Source: Tubiluchus corallicola
Lineage: Eukaryota > Animalia > Priapulida
Length of the DNA stretch: 64,000 nt
NCBI GenBank assembly: GCA_030141605.1
Contig: JAQGDQ010000049.1
Span: forward strand, 682,001-746,000
Direction: 5' to 3'
The notes beneath the pieces are model-generated. The model was not told where the DNA came from. It worked only from the letters and a program-made list of their open reading frames with translations, and did not search any database. How positions within the stretch are numbered: position 1 is the stretch's first letter; every line of letters begins with the position of its first letter. Shown one piece after another: positions 13,491-28,472 of this stretch. The position numbers were made by a program, and so were the translations under genes.

Positions 13491-15063
13491 GCCGGTATTT
13501 TATTGTTTTAATTATAACGCCCACGTATAGAGGAAAACGGTTTTATATAATAGCTGGCATATATTTATATGTCATTTAAGATTACTTTGGTGCTAACGTT
13601 AACATATTTAAAATACTAATGTTTCCCGTAGATTTTTAGCATTTATTTTAAACAAATGCAGTTAATGAGATGGAAATGAACACCGCAATGAGCACAGTGC
13701 AATTAAAATTAATGAGGGAAATATTCCAACTTTGATGCTATTCGCCTTGCCGCCTTGTGTAAGCAAGTCTAATCTTATTCGATAGACGAGTTTACAACGC
13801 CGTACAATAATGACTTTTATCTGTGTCGCTACGGCGATTTAACTATCGGCTGATGTGTGCAATGTGTTTCTTTAAAGCCTGACAAAAGATTGCATGTCTT
13901 AATAAAATCTATTGACTGTTTTGATGTACGAGTCAAACCTCTTGGAACTTGGAAAAACCGGAAAATAACCCAAGTTTCAAAGGCTCTTAAATGTTAAAGT
14001 GCAACGGACCGTGATTTAATTTAAACTCAGAAGTGAGACTCGCGATTTAAAAAAAAACTTTTGCAAGTCAAATTATACAGTTTGCTATTCAAAACTTTGT
14101 GGATGATTTATGATCGCACTGAGTGCTGACTAGCGGGCAGGAAGAAATAAAAAGGGGGACTTTAAGCGAGAGGGACAAAGACAGGGCGAGAGGGAGAGAA
14201 AGACAGCGAGAGAGAAAAAGAGACAGGGGAGGGAGAAAAGAGAAGGCGAGGGAGAGAGAGAAACAGAGACTTAGAAAGATAAAGAGACTTTACTTCACTT
14301 TATATTTCCTTTTTTCGTTAACAATTTGAGCTTTTTTGACGCTGCTGTAATGTTTATATAGGAATTAAATTACATAAATTAAATTAAAACACCTAAAATC
14401 AAATCAAATTAAAGCACGAGTGGGTATAGGTTTGTGCGTGCATGTGTGGGCGTGATTTCGACCGTTTGCGTTTTTTAAATGTTTAAGTTTTTTTCGCACG
14501 GCAGTCAGACAACGTTCAACTTTTTAACTGCGTATGAAATCAAAACAAATCTGAGGAAGAAATCCTCCGCAGCATCAGCTACAAATGTCGTAATTGATTT
14601 TTCAAAGATTTGTCTCCAGGCCAAAGTCCATTAGAATGCCTACTCCAGTTTGTTCAGCTTTAGATTTAATCAGTCATTTAATCAGCATTTGGTGGAAATG
14701 CAACCAAGACCTACTGCAAATGCACCGAGGACTTATCACAAGTTCCTAGTCGAAACACAAAAATCGACTTAATTTAGAGACACTTTGAGAGACGTGAAAT
14801 GACCTTGTTTAATGTCGGGTGTTTCAAAAGTCCCTCATTAATCTTAAAAATTTGTTAAATATTAATATTAACAAGAATTAAAACGACAATTTTGGTGGCT
14901 GAGCATCCAATCCACGAGAGTTTTAGTACATCAAACATGGCTTGATAAGTTTAGCCCAGTGATTTCATTCTACACCTATAAACCACGCTCCAGCATGGAA
15001 GCAGGAAAAAGACGGGGCAAAACTTCAAATATAAACTCGAAAAAATTCTCAGTAATTGAGTGC

Positions 15064-15732
15064 AGGTGTAGCAGGCCAAATTGGTCTCTGCCTAGATTAA
15101 ACCCAGGTATGTGTTGGCCCGGGCCAGAGTATACCCCGAGGAACAAACTTTGCTGTCCTGGGGCCGAACTACACCCAGGGTGTAAAATAGACACAGCTTA
15201 GCTTCAAGGCCAAAAGCGAGTGTATGCTTAGACACACAACGGCTTCTACCAGACGTTTTCAGTTTTCCGACTTTGACAACCATGAAGACCAACTGTATGA
15301 CCAACTTTTGACATTCTTGACTGCAATGCAATAATTGTATCCCAAGTGGATCTACGTTATGAAATATGTCACGTTATGAACAGTCAAATTAATTGAACAT
15401 TATGTTACAGTCTAATATTTTCACTGTTTGTGGTTTTCCTGGTTGAAATAATAAAAGTCTATGTGTTGTAGACTTGTGGTCTTATTTCAAGGTTTAAGTC
15501 AGTTAGCTTTCTGCCTTAACTTACTTGACAAAACTGAAACCCCAATAAAATATTGAAAATTTAATTCTTATGGATATCACTCAACATTGCTGATATCACG
15601 GAGGGTATAATCTCGCCAGGTGGCATGATTTGGCCTAAGCCATAATATCCCCGAAGTATAATGCAGCCTAGGCCGCTTTAACACGGGTATAATCTGAACT
15701 GGGGATATACTGTACTTTGGCCTGTTACTCCG
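15064..15732. mobile_element. MITE-like element with terminal inverted repeats and subterminal short repeats
   Basis: The left end GGTGTAGCAGGCCAAA pairs with the right end TTTGGCCTGTTACTCC. GC-rich GGGTATAAT/GGCC motifs are repeated at both subterminal regions. Confidence 0.6.
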
Positions 15733-16276
15733 AATTTACCACAAGATGATCTTGTTAGTCGATTAGCTAACCATATTAAATATCACATATAACATCAAAA
15801 ATCAAATTAATGAGCCACTTATGAAACACCCGATTGTTCAGAATCAGAATCAGAAAGTGAAATCTTGTGAGTTAATGTCCACTACAATGATTTCAAATAT
15901 TCAGAAGTGAAGGGAAAGTGTTGCGCGGATTCCATCGAAGCCGGAAGTGTGTGTTAGCCATTCCGTCATTTAACCATAAGTAGGTCAGCCGTCATTTCCG
16001 GAAGTTCCTCATCCATACTGGTCTGCCTAATTGTTATTAGCGAACCAAATATAGAGTGATAATTGCTTAATATAGATTGCCATCTCACCCTCACCCACAA
16101 TAAAGCTCATTTGTAATAAAATCTTTACTTGCTATAGACGCTGGTGGTAATGAATACAGTGCATGCAGTGCAACGCAAGAATGTATTAACTAGCAAGAAA
16201 TTGTCTTAACATAAGACTTCGATTATTTCATGCTTACGTTACCAGCATATTTATGTACAACAAAAACATGGAGGTT

Positions 16277-16660
16277 AATAATTACTCAAAAAAAAACAGA
16301 TTGAAACGTTTCTTAGAAATCTTCTAAGGAAAGTCTTAAAGGTAAGATGGCGGCCGTACGTTATGAAAAATGAAGATTTGTACGTTAGAACAAAAGAAAT
16401 TCCGTGGAGCTCAAATGTCAAGTTACGAAGGTTATGATATCTTTTCTGGTTATCCAGTAAAATATCAGTAAGAATTGCCTTAAAGGATGCCTTAAAACCT
16501 TGCAAAAACCACCTAGCAAACAAAAAATAACTTGGATAGCTAAGATAAATAAAGATATTCAACAACTTCAACCAAATCTAACTTTAGGAGCAGAAGACCT
16601 TACGCTCTTAGCTGCAGATAGGAGTGGGTGGAATACTCTTATAAATATTAATGCCTCAAT
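16277..16660 (+). mobile_element. RTE/RTEX-type LINE ORF2 C-terminal relic
   Basis: The frameshifted translation IETFLRNLLRKVLKVRW..MKNEDLYVRTKEIPWS..KLRRL / KKPPSKQKITWIAKINKDI..LAADRSGW matches the post-RT region of RTE-group elements. Confidence 0.7.
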
Positions 16661-17691
16661 TTCTACAACAGACGGTGAGACCTCGAAGAAATGCACTGGA
16701 ACTGTCATAGTGTTGAGAAATCATATATATATATACATTGTTTGGTCGTTTCTCATCAATTTCAACTTTTTTTGGGACTGTATGGCTCACAGAAAATCAG
16801 AAACTCTTGAAACTCGCAACTGACAATCTACCATTTCTTAACTGTAGTAGTTTTTCTCAATAAACAATCTTCCAAATCCATTTATCTTTACGTTTCATTC
16901 CGAATCATTCGGTTATTATCCCAATTAAACAGCTACGGTAACGAGTAACCTTGGATTAGTAAACTTAAACCTTGTTTCACAAGTGAAATTTATCTCATAA
17001 ATGGTACCCAAGCCACGGATATCGCTTAGTTACATTTCTTCAGAAATTTGTTGTGCATTTTATTTGACGAAATACATAATGGGCCAGATTAGGACCATCG
17101 AATACTGCTTGCAAGATTTTTTGCTATAATTGCGTAAACCTACCGCCAGCAAATACGGCTAACAAATATAATTTTACATGAGAGTAGTATCTATTACTAA
17201 TCCAGTATGGGATGTCTTGTACTTGCTTGCCTTGTTGTTCTTGTTCTTATGGTCGGTTTGCATTGTAGTCACGGTTCACGATTTGTTTGGCTCACCCTGC
17301 ATATTGCATTCTGGGATGTTATAGCTCACTTGAGTTTGTTTTAGATACTTCGGCACGCCACAAGCCGGAATCCAGCACTCAGTGGAAGGGCTTACTCAAC
17401 AAGATGTATGTGGTGTGATTGGTCTAACTCATTATAATGAATCCCCTTCAAAGTGAGCCACTGAACCAGTAGAGGCATTGCAGTCGGATGCGTATACATC
17501 CTCCCTCTGCGAAACCTGAAGAAGGTTATTTGTAACTATTTAATTTTTTTAGATTTATTTCTTACAAAAAACAAAACACATCCAATAAAACGAATCAATA
17601 ATTACAAAATGGCATGACAAAAAAATAATTGCTTACAATAAAATGCTTCAATGTGTGCTGAAAAAAATCTTGTAAGTACAACATCGGAGAC

Positions 17692-17820
17692 CAGAGTTAG
17701 CTGGAGTGGAGCGATTCTAGCCAGAGTGGAGACAGTGGTTAGTCAAGAGTGGAGACAGTTGTTAGTCAGAGAGAAAACGGACGATAGCTAGAGTAGGGAC
17801 AGAGGTTCTCACGAGTGGAA
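17692..17820. repeat. Diverged ~23-bp tandem repeat
   Basis: AGAGTGGAGACAGT(G/T)GTTAGTC recurs about five times with decay. Confidence 0.6.
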
Positions 17821-18620
17821 AAGGATCAAACGGAGTGGCAAGTCTTTCGGCATCTGAAGGAATGAGTAACTTCTTTTATTTTAGTTTTGTGACCAGTCAG
17901 TTTCTTGTAATTTGTAAAAGTTTTGGGAATTTTGCGGGGGTTGGGATGTTCGCGAATTATTGTTGATTAAAACGTTTTGTTATTATTATTATTTCTATAA
18001 AAAAATAGTGTTTTACTATTTGGTGAATGACTAATCTGCTTCTCTAAAATTTGACATGTTTTTCATGCAAAAAGTCACGTTAGAGGTACTTCAGCAAAAG
18101 AACAGCACATTTCTCTTCAAATGAATAAAACCTTAGCTATCCGTAAATCATTTGTGGCGTGTTAAGCTCGTTCCGATGACTAATTGGCCATCACCTGCCA
18201 AACCTGCTAAATAGGGCTGAGTCATCGCAGTGGTACACTGTGGGAATCATTACAGAACTAAAACTCTGTAGTTGCAATCGTCCTTACATCTTTCAGACGG
18301 TTATTTCCCCATCAGTAAATTTCAGACGTTCTACATCCGTGATTACACGTCCGTGACTAAAAGATTAGCCGACCATGGAGTTTAGTAGATGCTTCATTAA
18401 GAGTCTGTCAGTCTTTAAGCCACGGAGATTCCTCGTCTTGTGTAAGACGTTGTGTAAACACGCAATAATTAGTCCACTCAACACAGAGATAATAGGGATA
18501 CTATTATTGACATGAAAAAATAACAATGAGAAAATTCATGCCCAAATCTTCCAGCAATATTTTTGGGAGGCAAAGAATCACATATCTCGTATTTTATAGT
18601 TTAAATCTCGATTTAAAGTA

Positions 18621-18729
<109 letters not shown>

Positions 18730-19391
18730 CATAACACAAAAATTCGGAAATTACCTTGAATTTTAATCACGAAAGCACAAAAGCAACACTAAATTAGGAA
18801 GTCTAAAAAATTATGCAGTCTATTTGGGTCTCGAACCAAAGCCCTTCTGCTTCTTTAGAACTGTTGGCGCATTTGTGACTTTAGTGTAAAAACGTGCTTT
18901 CGCCCAGAAAGTTGTTTGCATTTTACCCCTGGTTTGACGTGTATTGCTTCCCTCTCCTTGCTTTTTCGTAGTACGCTACCCACTTATTTTACGTTTTGGA
19001 AATATGATGGTTTTATAAACTTTTATAAACCTTTAAAGTTCGTTCGCTCACCAAGTTCTTGTCGCACATATTATGGATTAAAGTGAGAACGATTAACATT
19101 TTACCATTGTGTTTATTTAATGTAGATGTTGTTTAAACAAATATTGTTTATCTGATAAAAATATTTAAAGTTTAAGTTCAAAGCAAAATAGCCTGTGGTA
19201 GAGCAAAAGAAAAGCTCAAACCCACTGCACCGTATTATTTAACATTAAGCATTTACAAACATAAAGTAAAAACTGTAGGGAAATAAACTTACATCAATTT
19301 ACAAATAACAAACAATAACAAAAATCACAAGTTCTGAAAATGAAAATAATAATATCTGCAATCAATCAAAACATGATAATTAGCTTGTTGA

Positions 19392-19770
<379 letters not shown>

Positions 19771-21334
19771 AGCGAAAAATGGCTTTAAAACAGATAAATG
19801 TATTATACATCAAACCTCGTATCAGCGAGAAAAAGCAGAGGGCATATCGTAAAAATCGCGACTAACACATTTTGATGCAAGTATTACTAAACTACATTGC
19901 TTGTACACAGGTCACTTACAAGTTGAATTTTACTAAAATTTGATTTTATTAAGAACGGAAGGAGGAAAATAGCAACAACAGCTTACAATGTAAAAGTGGT
20001 TTTGAATTTCAGCAAAGTTATAACAATTCTTCTTTTTGTGAAAGCTTACAATATTGCTGCTAATAATCTAGCAACAGCAGCCGCTTCACACAATAGGAGG
20101 AGATTTATTACACATTTTCACTCCACACCATATTGTGTTGCTTTCAAACTCCTATGGATTTAAACTCAACTGTCATAGACGGATCATTTCTTGAATTAAG
20201 TCGTCCAAAACGGAATAGAGGAAGATGGAAGTGATTATTCGAGGTGGTGCAATTATTCCTTGAAGGAAATGATATAACGACTTCCTGTAAAATCCCGCAT
20301 GAAAGTGCGTCATATCCCTTTGATCTTCGACTGAAACATTGAAACCTTTTGTTGAAGTATCAGCTGTGCTGTAGTGTAATTGGTTAGTAAAAGAATGGAT
20401 ATAGATTGTTCAAATTTAATATCTGTTCATTGGATCTGAAGCTAAGAAATAGGAGGAAATTTCTTGTCACCGTTAATCAATGGAAATATCATTAGAGGCA
20501 ATCAACGTAATCAAATTATGTGGCCTTAATTCAGTCACATATTTTTATTTATCTAAAGACTGAACAGCGAAAACGAAAAATTTGCAAACCTGGCGGTGTT
20601 GGTTCGAATCCTAGCTAATTCACAATTTTCCAGACCCTTCTTTTTTAGTTAATTAGCCCTTAGATTAATTGCTGAATATATATTTATCGTTAGGTTTAGT
20701 ATTTCTGGTTTATCGCCGTTCAATATTAAAAAAATTATAAATCGTAAGACTTAAATTAAAATGGTATTTCTCTGTTTAAATTTGATGTTAAAAGTAATTA
20801 TACAACGTATTTGCAAAAGATAGATTAATTAGGAATCTATGTAAAGAGCCTCAAAGGTACATATCATCCACACATCGTCCAATTCCAACGTTGCCTAACT
20901 TTCGATGACTCTGCACAGAAATAAGGTTTTATCGTTAATCCGTTAACAATTGACAGCAAATGGCTACTTATTTTTCAGTTTGACCCCGATTTTAGATGAA
21001 ATAGTTTTACTGTAGTTGAACGATCCAAACTCAATGTGCTTACTAATTATCAGAGATTCCTATAATAACGACCCAAATTCAACGGACACTCTGAATAACT
21101 TTGTGCAGCTTAATGTCTTTGTTAATAAAATAAGAAATGGTGATTTATTTTTGCCTGTCATGTGCTGGTTTGAAATGGTTTACTTCTAAGTAATTCTATA
21201 CTTTTACTCCTGAAATTCTGTAGTTTTACTTGTAATAATTGTATAGTTTTACTTGTTCCAGTAAGAAACTCTGATTTTTACCTGTTTTTTTATCATCATT
21301 CGTTCTAATGGTACGTCACTTGTGCTTGAAACTA

Positions 21335-21335
<1 letters not shown>

Positions 21336-21368
<33 letters not shown>

Positions 21369-21436
21369 CACTCACTCACTCACTCACTCACTCACTCACT
21401 CACTCACTCACTCACTCACTCACTCACTCACTTACT
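21336..21436. repeat. Compound (TTAC)n(TCAC)n microsatellite
   Basis: Seen directly. Confidence 0.96.
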
Positions 21437-22430
21437 TTCTTATTTTCTTACTCTACCTGATTGAACGAGAGATCGAAAAACTTAAGCTCACTCTAAAAAA
21501 TCTAAACCAGGTTAAAATGTTTTCAAAATATTAAAAAACTTTAAATTTTTTAAAATTTATTGTAAAATGTAATATAGCGTAATATAATAAATGTAATGTA
21601 TATATGTAATCAAAAGTCAGTGTAAATTTTATAAATTTACTGCTGATTAAGACAGTCATGAACGCTGATTTGTCTGTAGTTTTCCTAACATTTTTCTCGT
21701 AGTTCAAACATATAAGGAAAAGGCCTAAGCCTCTGAAAATAAATTTTGCAATTAATGGACGTTAAGTGGAACTAAACTGATTGTAACTTTCATATAAGGC
21801 AAAGTCACAGTCACGTGACATGTCAACATCAACATTATTTTAATGCTTTTATTGTCCCCTCGGGTGTAATAAAAACATTAAAACGCAACTTAGTAAGAAG
21901 TAGAATCTCAAATAAATTTTAAGTAATTGAGCAAATTTGTGTTTATTATTCTCCGGAGTTTTGTGAAAATAGTTTTTCGTTTTATCTGCGGGCTACAACG
22001 TCTGAAAAACAAATGACAGTATTGAGAACAATAATTTATTTAGCAAAGAGATAAAATTTCTACAAATTTATAGCGTCTTTATAGCTGAAGGTAAAAGTCT
22101 CTCTTCAAGGTATAGTATAAAACCGGCTTCTTTTAACTGGCTGTTCAAAGGGCTGTTTAAATTCACGCAATAGGGTAAATTATTTTTTAGTTTAAACAAT
22201 ATTTTATTTGAAGAAAACATTGCAATCACGTATGCATTAATAATTAATACAAACGTAATGACTCAAATACTGATTGGCTAGCAGGACAAACCTATATAAA
22301 AGCCTTTCAGAGTGCAAATATACAAAATTCTATAGGTAGACGATCACAAAAAGCATTCGTTATTCAGCTAAAAAATAAAAATGTAACAAAAGTAGAAATT
22401 ATGTAACTTGATGTTAAGTGGGTGAATGAG

Positions 22431-22794
22431 ACCTTACCTTAGACCTTAGTCCTTCCTGTGCATTGATGCACATTGGGCAGACAGCATTTTCCACTGAGTT
22501 CTATCGGCGGCTTCGTTCTCTACGTTTTCCCAACGTCTGTTGACAGCTCTTCTTTGAAGGATCTGCGCCACGTTGTTTTTGGCCGACCTCTTTTTCGTTT
22601 CCCACCAGGTGGTTCCCACTGTACTGCTGTTTTGGCGTAGCGACTTTCTGATAGACGGAGAATATATCCAGCCAGTTTCATTCTTCTCTCTGTAACTATA
22701 TCTTGTAATCGCAATGACTGCGCTCGTTGTAGAACTTCTACATTGGTGACATGGTCGCGGTAGGAGATTTTTAGTATCTTTCGAAGGCATTTTT
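22431..22794 (-). mobile_element. 5'-truncated RTE-clade LINE 3' end with 10-bp TSD
   Basis: The translation HQKCLRKILKISYRDHVTNVEVL..RRMKLAGYILR..WEPPGGKRKRGRPKTTWRR..AADRTQWK matches an RTE C-terminus. The tail is GGACTAAGGTCTAAGGTAAGGT. GGTGAATGAG is duplicated at 22421-22430 and 22795-22804. Confidence 0.88.
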
Positions 22795-24899
22795 GGTGAA
22801 TGAGAGGATGGGACATATTTGTTATAATCTGTTGTAAGCCTGGAAGAATAAACTGAATGAAGGAGAAACTAATGAAGAAAGTCTGAAATGAGATTGTAAT
22901 CCGGGAACGCAAGAGTAGAAATAATTTTGCACTGTAAGGTAGGATTCAAAGAGTTTAATAGAGAAAAGCTAATCTTGTTTATTTAGGACATTATTTTTTA
23001 TTACACAACTGTATTATTCATGCGTGCAGGTCAACCTCTGTTCTCTGAGAAATTGTCAGTATTTCTGGCAGTTAGAGTGGAAGCCATTGATCCAATTCCA
23101 AACAATTTTTTGGTTACGGTTTTAGCTGCAAAAACCTTTATATAAATTCCTGTGAATTTTATCAAGTGTAGTGTGATTAACATGAAAGCAAGCAGCTAAT
23201 GCATCGTTGTGTCGCTTGGAACATTTAAGTAAAGAAAAATCACTGACACTCTGATTGCTGTGACGACAAAGTCAAAGTAAACCACGATATTTTCACCAGC
23301 TTAAAGGCATTATGCAAATTATTTCTACTTCTAAATCGCTGCTAGCACGATTAAATTCTCCATCAGTGCGGTTGCAATTCTAGTCGAGAAATATTGTTCA
23401 AGTGCTCAGAAATTTTTCTGTTTAGGGTATTAGCATTCAGGATTTAGGACGAAGTCGTAAATCAGATTGAAACTGGGCTTCTTTGTTTGGGTTAGAGTTT
23501 CCGCTATACAGGAAGACATCCAGGAGCCTAGCAAACCTAGCACTTTCAGGCTTTTGTCCTTGATCTGTCTAGGAAATGCTACAATAATTACATTTCCAAT
23601 CGAGGTAATTCTGTCAGCGAAGGAAACAATCTTCGAACTTGCGGCTTGTAAGCTACATATAATAGTTGCAGTTTGGGCCATAATGCTTTGATTGACTAAG
23701 ACCACCTCCAGATGAAATATTATGCGAATGGCAAAGTCACTTCATGAAAACGTGATCTATTAGTATCGGGGGCTTGCATTACCGCAATGATGAGCGACTT
23801 GCGCTGATTTAGTTAATTACTGTCCAGGATCAAGCTCATGTAGGTAGAATTAATGTAACCTGATGTACTTATTACAAGAAAGTAGGCCGTCACCTAGTTT
23901 CGCAATGTTACTAGTGGTAATCTGAGGCTTCATGTATTAAAAGCGTTGACTGAGTAATAATCAGACATATCAGGGTTTTGATGGCTTAGCAAGACCCCCT
24001 TCGTAGTTGCGATGCAGCAAACTTCAACAGCAAAGTATGTTTAGTGTGTCACAGATTGCACACAGATTGTTAAAGTTACTTTAGTTTTGTTCTTTTTTCA
24101 CTTACACAATAATAATTTGCGCGTGTATTTGTAATTGTAGTTTGTTGGTGAAATTGAATTTGAATTTGTGGGGTGAAAAAGCGGCGGACTAAATTTCTGC
24201 GGAAAAACTTTAGCCGAATCTGTAACTTGTCTGTTATCTACAATATAATGTACTGTAGCAATACATTAGAGTACAAAAGCAATGATAAGTTACAAAGTCT
24301 TAATACTTTTTAACCCAAGACCTTCTACCTCCCGGGCAGCTATATTGACTGGCTACACAAAACATTTTTGTTGCTAAAAAGCTGTTACCCTATCCTGGCA
24401 GTTGAATTCTACCATTTTTGTACCAAACATTCAATCCAATCGTTCGGCGTATTGTGTACTGCTAACGAAGCCAACCGTTCCTGCGCAGAACAGATACACA
24501 AGCAGACTAAACTAAATTGTGTTGCAAAAGTGTACACTTTTTTGCATGATCTTGTTTCTGTTTTTCATTATTGTTAACGAAACATCATAAATGTTTGGGC
24601 AGTTTTTAGATTTTGTCAATTTTTTTTTTCTTTTTTCTTGTAATGATTTTGCTTTATGAACTTAAAAAAAATCGCTATGTGGCATCTTTTAAATATAACC
24701 TAAAACCACTTGAAACGTTCCGATTTAATGATCTATTCTAAATAGCTTTTTAACAATTGCATATACAGTATTCCATCTACTGGGCATTGAACTTACTTTT
24801 TAGCCAGGGGTGATCCGAAAACGCAACAAGGAGAACAAAAAACACACTTTTCGATAACTTCTTGAGAACGATTTGAGACCAAACAAATACATAATAATG

Positions 24900-24985
24900 T
24901 GACCGGGTTGATAGATCACATGGCTAGAGCGTGTGGCTTGGAACCACGAGTTTCTGGGTTCAAATTCCGGTTGACTACAATGTCT
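24900..24985 (+). mobile_element. tRNA-derived SINE head
   Basis: It has A-box-like TAGATCACATGGCTAGAGC and B-box GGTTCAAATTCC, but cannot fold a full cloverleaf. Confidence 0.5.
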
Positions 24986-27900
24986 CAAAGAACTGTTTGA
25001 CAAGTATATTTGAGCATATTGTAAAAGAAAAGGTTTGACAAACACTATGTTTCATTTACTGGCGGAGAATGGTTAAGCACTCATAAAAACTTGGCTTCGT
25101 TTTCACGTTATTCGAAAATTCCTCTGCTCATATTATTACTAGTAATAAATTTTGGTAAATTCTTCCAATAAAAATGTGTAATTTCAGCAGAAACCCTACT
25201 TAACGGCCAAATTTTCAACCGACGCATGCGTCCTAGGAACAGTTTAATCGTTTGGTTTCCTGACCGATAAGATATTAATTTTAGCGTGAATATTTTGTGG
25301 CTGTTTAAATGGTATGCTTAAACATTGGTTAAACATTTTAATTACGTAATTACTCCGCATTAAAAATCTGGCAATGCCGCGGATCCTAAACATTTGCGCA
25401 TCCGTATTTGGTCGCTGTGAGATCAGTCGCTAAAACATTTTTATGTAAATTGAGCAAACTTTATTAACCTAATTTCAAAATTATCAGCTTGATTGAATGA
25501 ATAATTTTTGCGTTCTAATTGTTATGCGAAAATAATGCGTATAATAACCGACAGACATGAACTTGAACGTTTCATTAATGCATTTAATAATTTGTGCTGT
25601 ATTATGCTAAACTAATACTATATTCAACCGTGTTCTTTAATTGTTTCCGCTTTCATAGCGTCTGTTTTGTTTGTGTAACCTTTAACTTCACTAAATGTTT
25701 TTATTTCTTTTTAAACATATAATTGTAATCATTTTTTTTATTTTTTGCCAATGCATATTATTTCTTTCAATACTTTTAGAATAATAGTTTCTTTAATTTT
25801 AGCATTTTCCATATTGTTTACACGGCAGTTTCGCCGGTAAAGCTCTACGTTTTCTATGCAATTCAGCATTCTGCAAGCGATATTTACCAGATGCTTGTGG
25901 CTAGACCAGAACGCAGATAATTACTAAGAATAATCCTCTGAGATGTGACCCTGGGCTGGCAACGGTGTCTAATCCACAATCGAATGCGTATACATTTTCT
26001 CTCATTGAGACAAGTAGCCGGTAGCAGCTACGCATCCATTTATTAATCCCTCCCCCCCCCATACTGCTCAACTTCCTAGCAAAATGCATAGAACGGCCAC
26101 TGAGCTGTTGTCGTCGCCTGAAAACAGACACTACACTGAACGTCAATGGCAAACGGCTAGAATTTCTTTTGTTTTTCATCGTCGAAAACCCTGTGTTAAA
26201 CAATTAACAGGTGCGTCTTTGTCTACAGAATTTATTATTGCAGAAAATTATTTTTATCGTCATCTTGTTCTGGGTTGCGAAACCATTCTTTCAGTGTGAA
26301 CCAGGCTTAAGTCCTGCTGTTAGCAGTCAATAAAACAGTTCATTGATAACAGATGGCTTCACAATAACTCAAGGCAGGAAAAATTGCGTGGATTTGTCTT
26401 CAGGGTGCAATAAAAATCAGTAGCACGTAACAAAACTCAGACGAAGTAGATCGTTTGAGATAGCGGGTGGCCATTGAATCAGACCACATCATGATTTAAT
26501 AGCAATACCAACGGTTAACACATCAACTGCGTGCGGCTTGCTGTCTTTCTGTCGAAACGTTAGCGATAATATTCAGAGTAAAGCATGCATAAAGCAGGTA
26601 ACATGGTTTTCATTTGTATGGGATTTTGTCTCTTTCACTGTTGATTAAATCTGATGTGTTTTTTTTTTGTTTGTGTGTATATAATGACAGTTCAATAAAC
26701 AAACAAACATAATAAAATATAAACTAGTGTACAAGTGACTGAAACAGAATGTACAAAAGTGAATTAACAAATTAAATTTTAACATAGTTTTTCAACAGAA
26801 AATACATTTTGAGTATTTTCAGTTTTACACTAACTATAGCTTTTCGTTAAACCCTCCCACAAGATAGGACTTCTTACTATAAGTTAAGTCAACAATTTTG
26901 TTGTGACATTTTGTCCATTTTGTTTTTTTCTTTTTCTTTTTATTTCTGTGGACTTTATGGCCTTTTCTGTGATTCTATTCCTTCGCGAATGTGGTATGCA
27001 TGTTACCTGATTTTTAGTGTATGTGTATTGCTAAATACAAATAAAGATATGGTAATCAGTGATCGTATTTTGTACTTTGGCTTTTTCTTTTTAACTTAAA
27101 CGATGGATTTGCAGGATAGTTTTAGTTCTACTGGCCCATCCAACTTGTTTCTCCTGTTCGACATCCCTCTAATTACTAACCTTTCATGTCTTTTGTGTGC
27201 CTAACTCTTTTCTACTCCTCTGTCAGAATGCACAACGTTCCCTTCAGTTCTGGCAGTCAAAAAAGGTATTATTTATTTTGTGCTATTATGTACAAATTGA
27301 CTACTTTTTTAGATGATTTTTTTTGGAAAGATAGTCAATCCAGTGGTGGGTTGAAATATCATCTCTTCTTTTTTTCTATGAACATTTTTTAATGATTGTT
27401 TCTATGCTATTGGGGATAGTTTGCCTCCATTGTAGGATAGATTTGAAGCCTAATGAAAGTAGTCATTAGCGTGCAATAAATTGAACTGTAATATGTCTAG
27501 CCTATACTCTAGTAAAATTTGGAACGACGTTGAAGCAGACCTGTAATCTAATAAAAAATGAATAATTCATCAGCTACATTAGATAGTCCTTAATCAGATT
27601 CTACTTGGGTGGTCCACTTATTCTAGTTATAATGTAAAGTCGACGATGCTGAAAATTCACCTCAGAACTTGTTCTTGAAGTAGAACCAGTTATGACGATT
27701 GAAAGATCTATACTTGTACGGATCTAAAGAGTGCAGGAATCTATAATTTTAGGCCATTCAATTTAAGCTAACAGTTTGAAATGTAAATTATACTTGAAAT
27801 ACGATCATTACAAGACATTGGGTTTATGTTACATAATCTAGTATTAATAGACAAGGCGTTGCGAGAAATCAATATTTACCACTTAGACAAAACAAGCATT

Positions 27901-28389
27901 AACATTTAATGGCAGTTAGCCAGAAACCCGCTTAATAAATGAAGTTGGCAGATAAAAACTGCTTAAATTCTTACACAGTGCCTTCATCATAATTAGCAAC
28001 TTAATTAGCATAACAGCAAATTAGGTTACTTGTGTTGCCAACAAGACTAAAATTATGTTTCTGCGCTTAATAATTTTATGCTGGAGAACTATTGTTAAAA
28101 AGTGGTGCTTGAATTCATTTCACTTGCACGTAGCAAAAGTTTACGTTTTTGCAAAATAAATAAATTAATTAACAACTAGCATCTCCGGAACCATAGGTAG
28201 AAATGGGGACGGATAGCCGTTGGCTATAGAGGAGTGAAGAGGAATCAATTACTTTATAACGTGTATGAATATATTACTGGAGGTTACGTGCAATGAAATA
28301 TAAAAACATTATTTTGTTTTGACGAGTGGCGGAAGAACTATTGTGCAGTAGTGTATTAACTTTTTCGACTAAATCGTGCAGTTTTGTGA

Positions 28390-28472
28390 TAAGTAAGTAA
28401 GTTCGTAAGTTCGTAAGTCCGTAAGTAAGTAAGTAAGTAAATAAGCAAGCAAGCAAGCAAGCAAGCGAGCAA
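28390..28472. repeat. (TAAG)n/(CAAG)n imperfect microsatellite
   Basis: Seen directly. Confidence 0.9.

Noticed and set aside
22810-23950. Ancient CR1 ORF1/endonuclease relic on the minus strand (FPRQIKDKSLKV)
   Set aside because: One weak motif only, too decayed to support by eye.
24900-24985. Functional tRNA gene (also about 19392, 20590, 40260, 48450)
   Set aside because: A/B boxes are present, but there is no intact acceptor and anticodon stem. These are SINE-derived.
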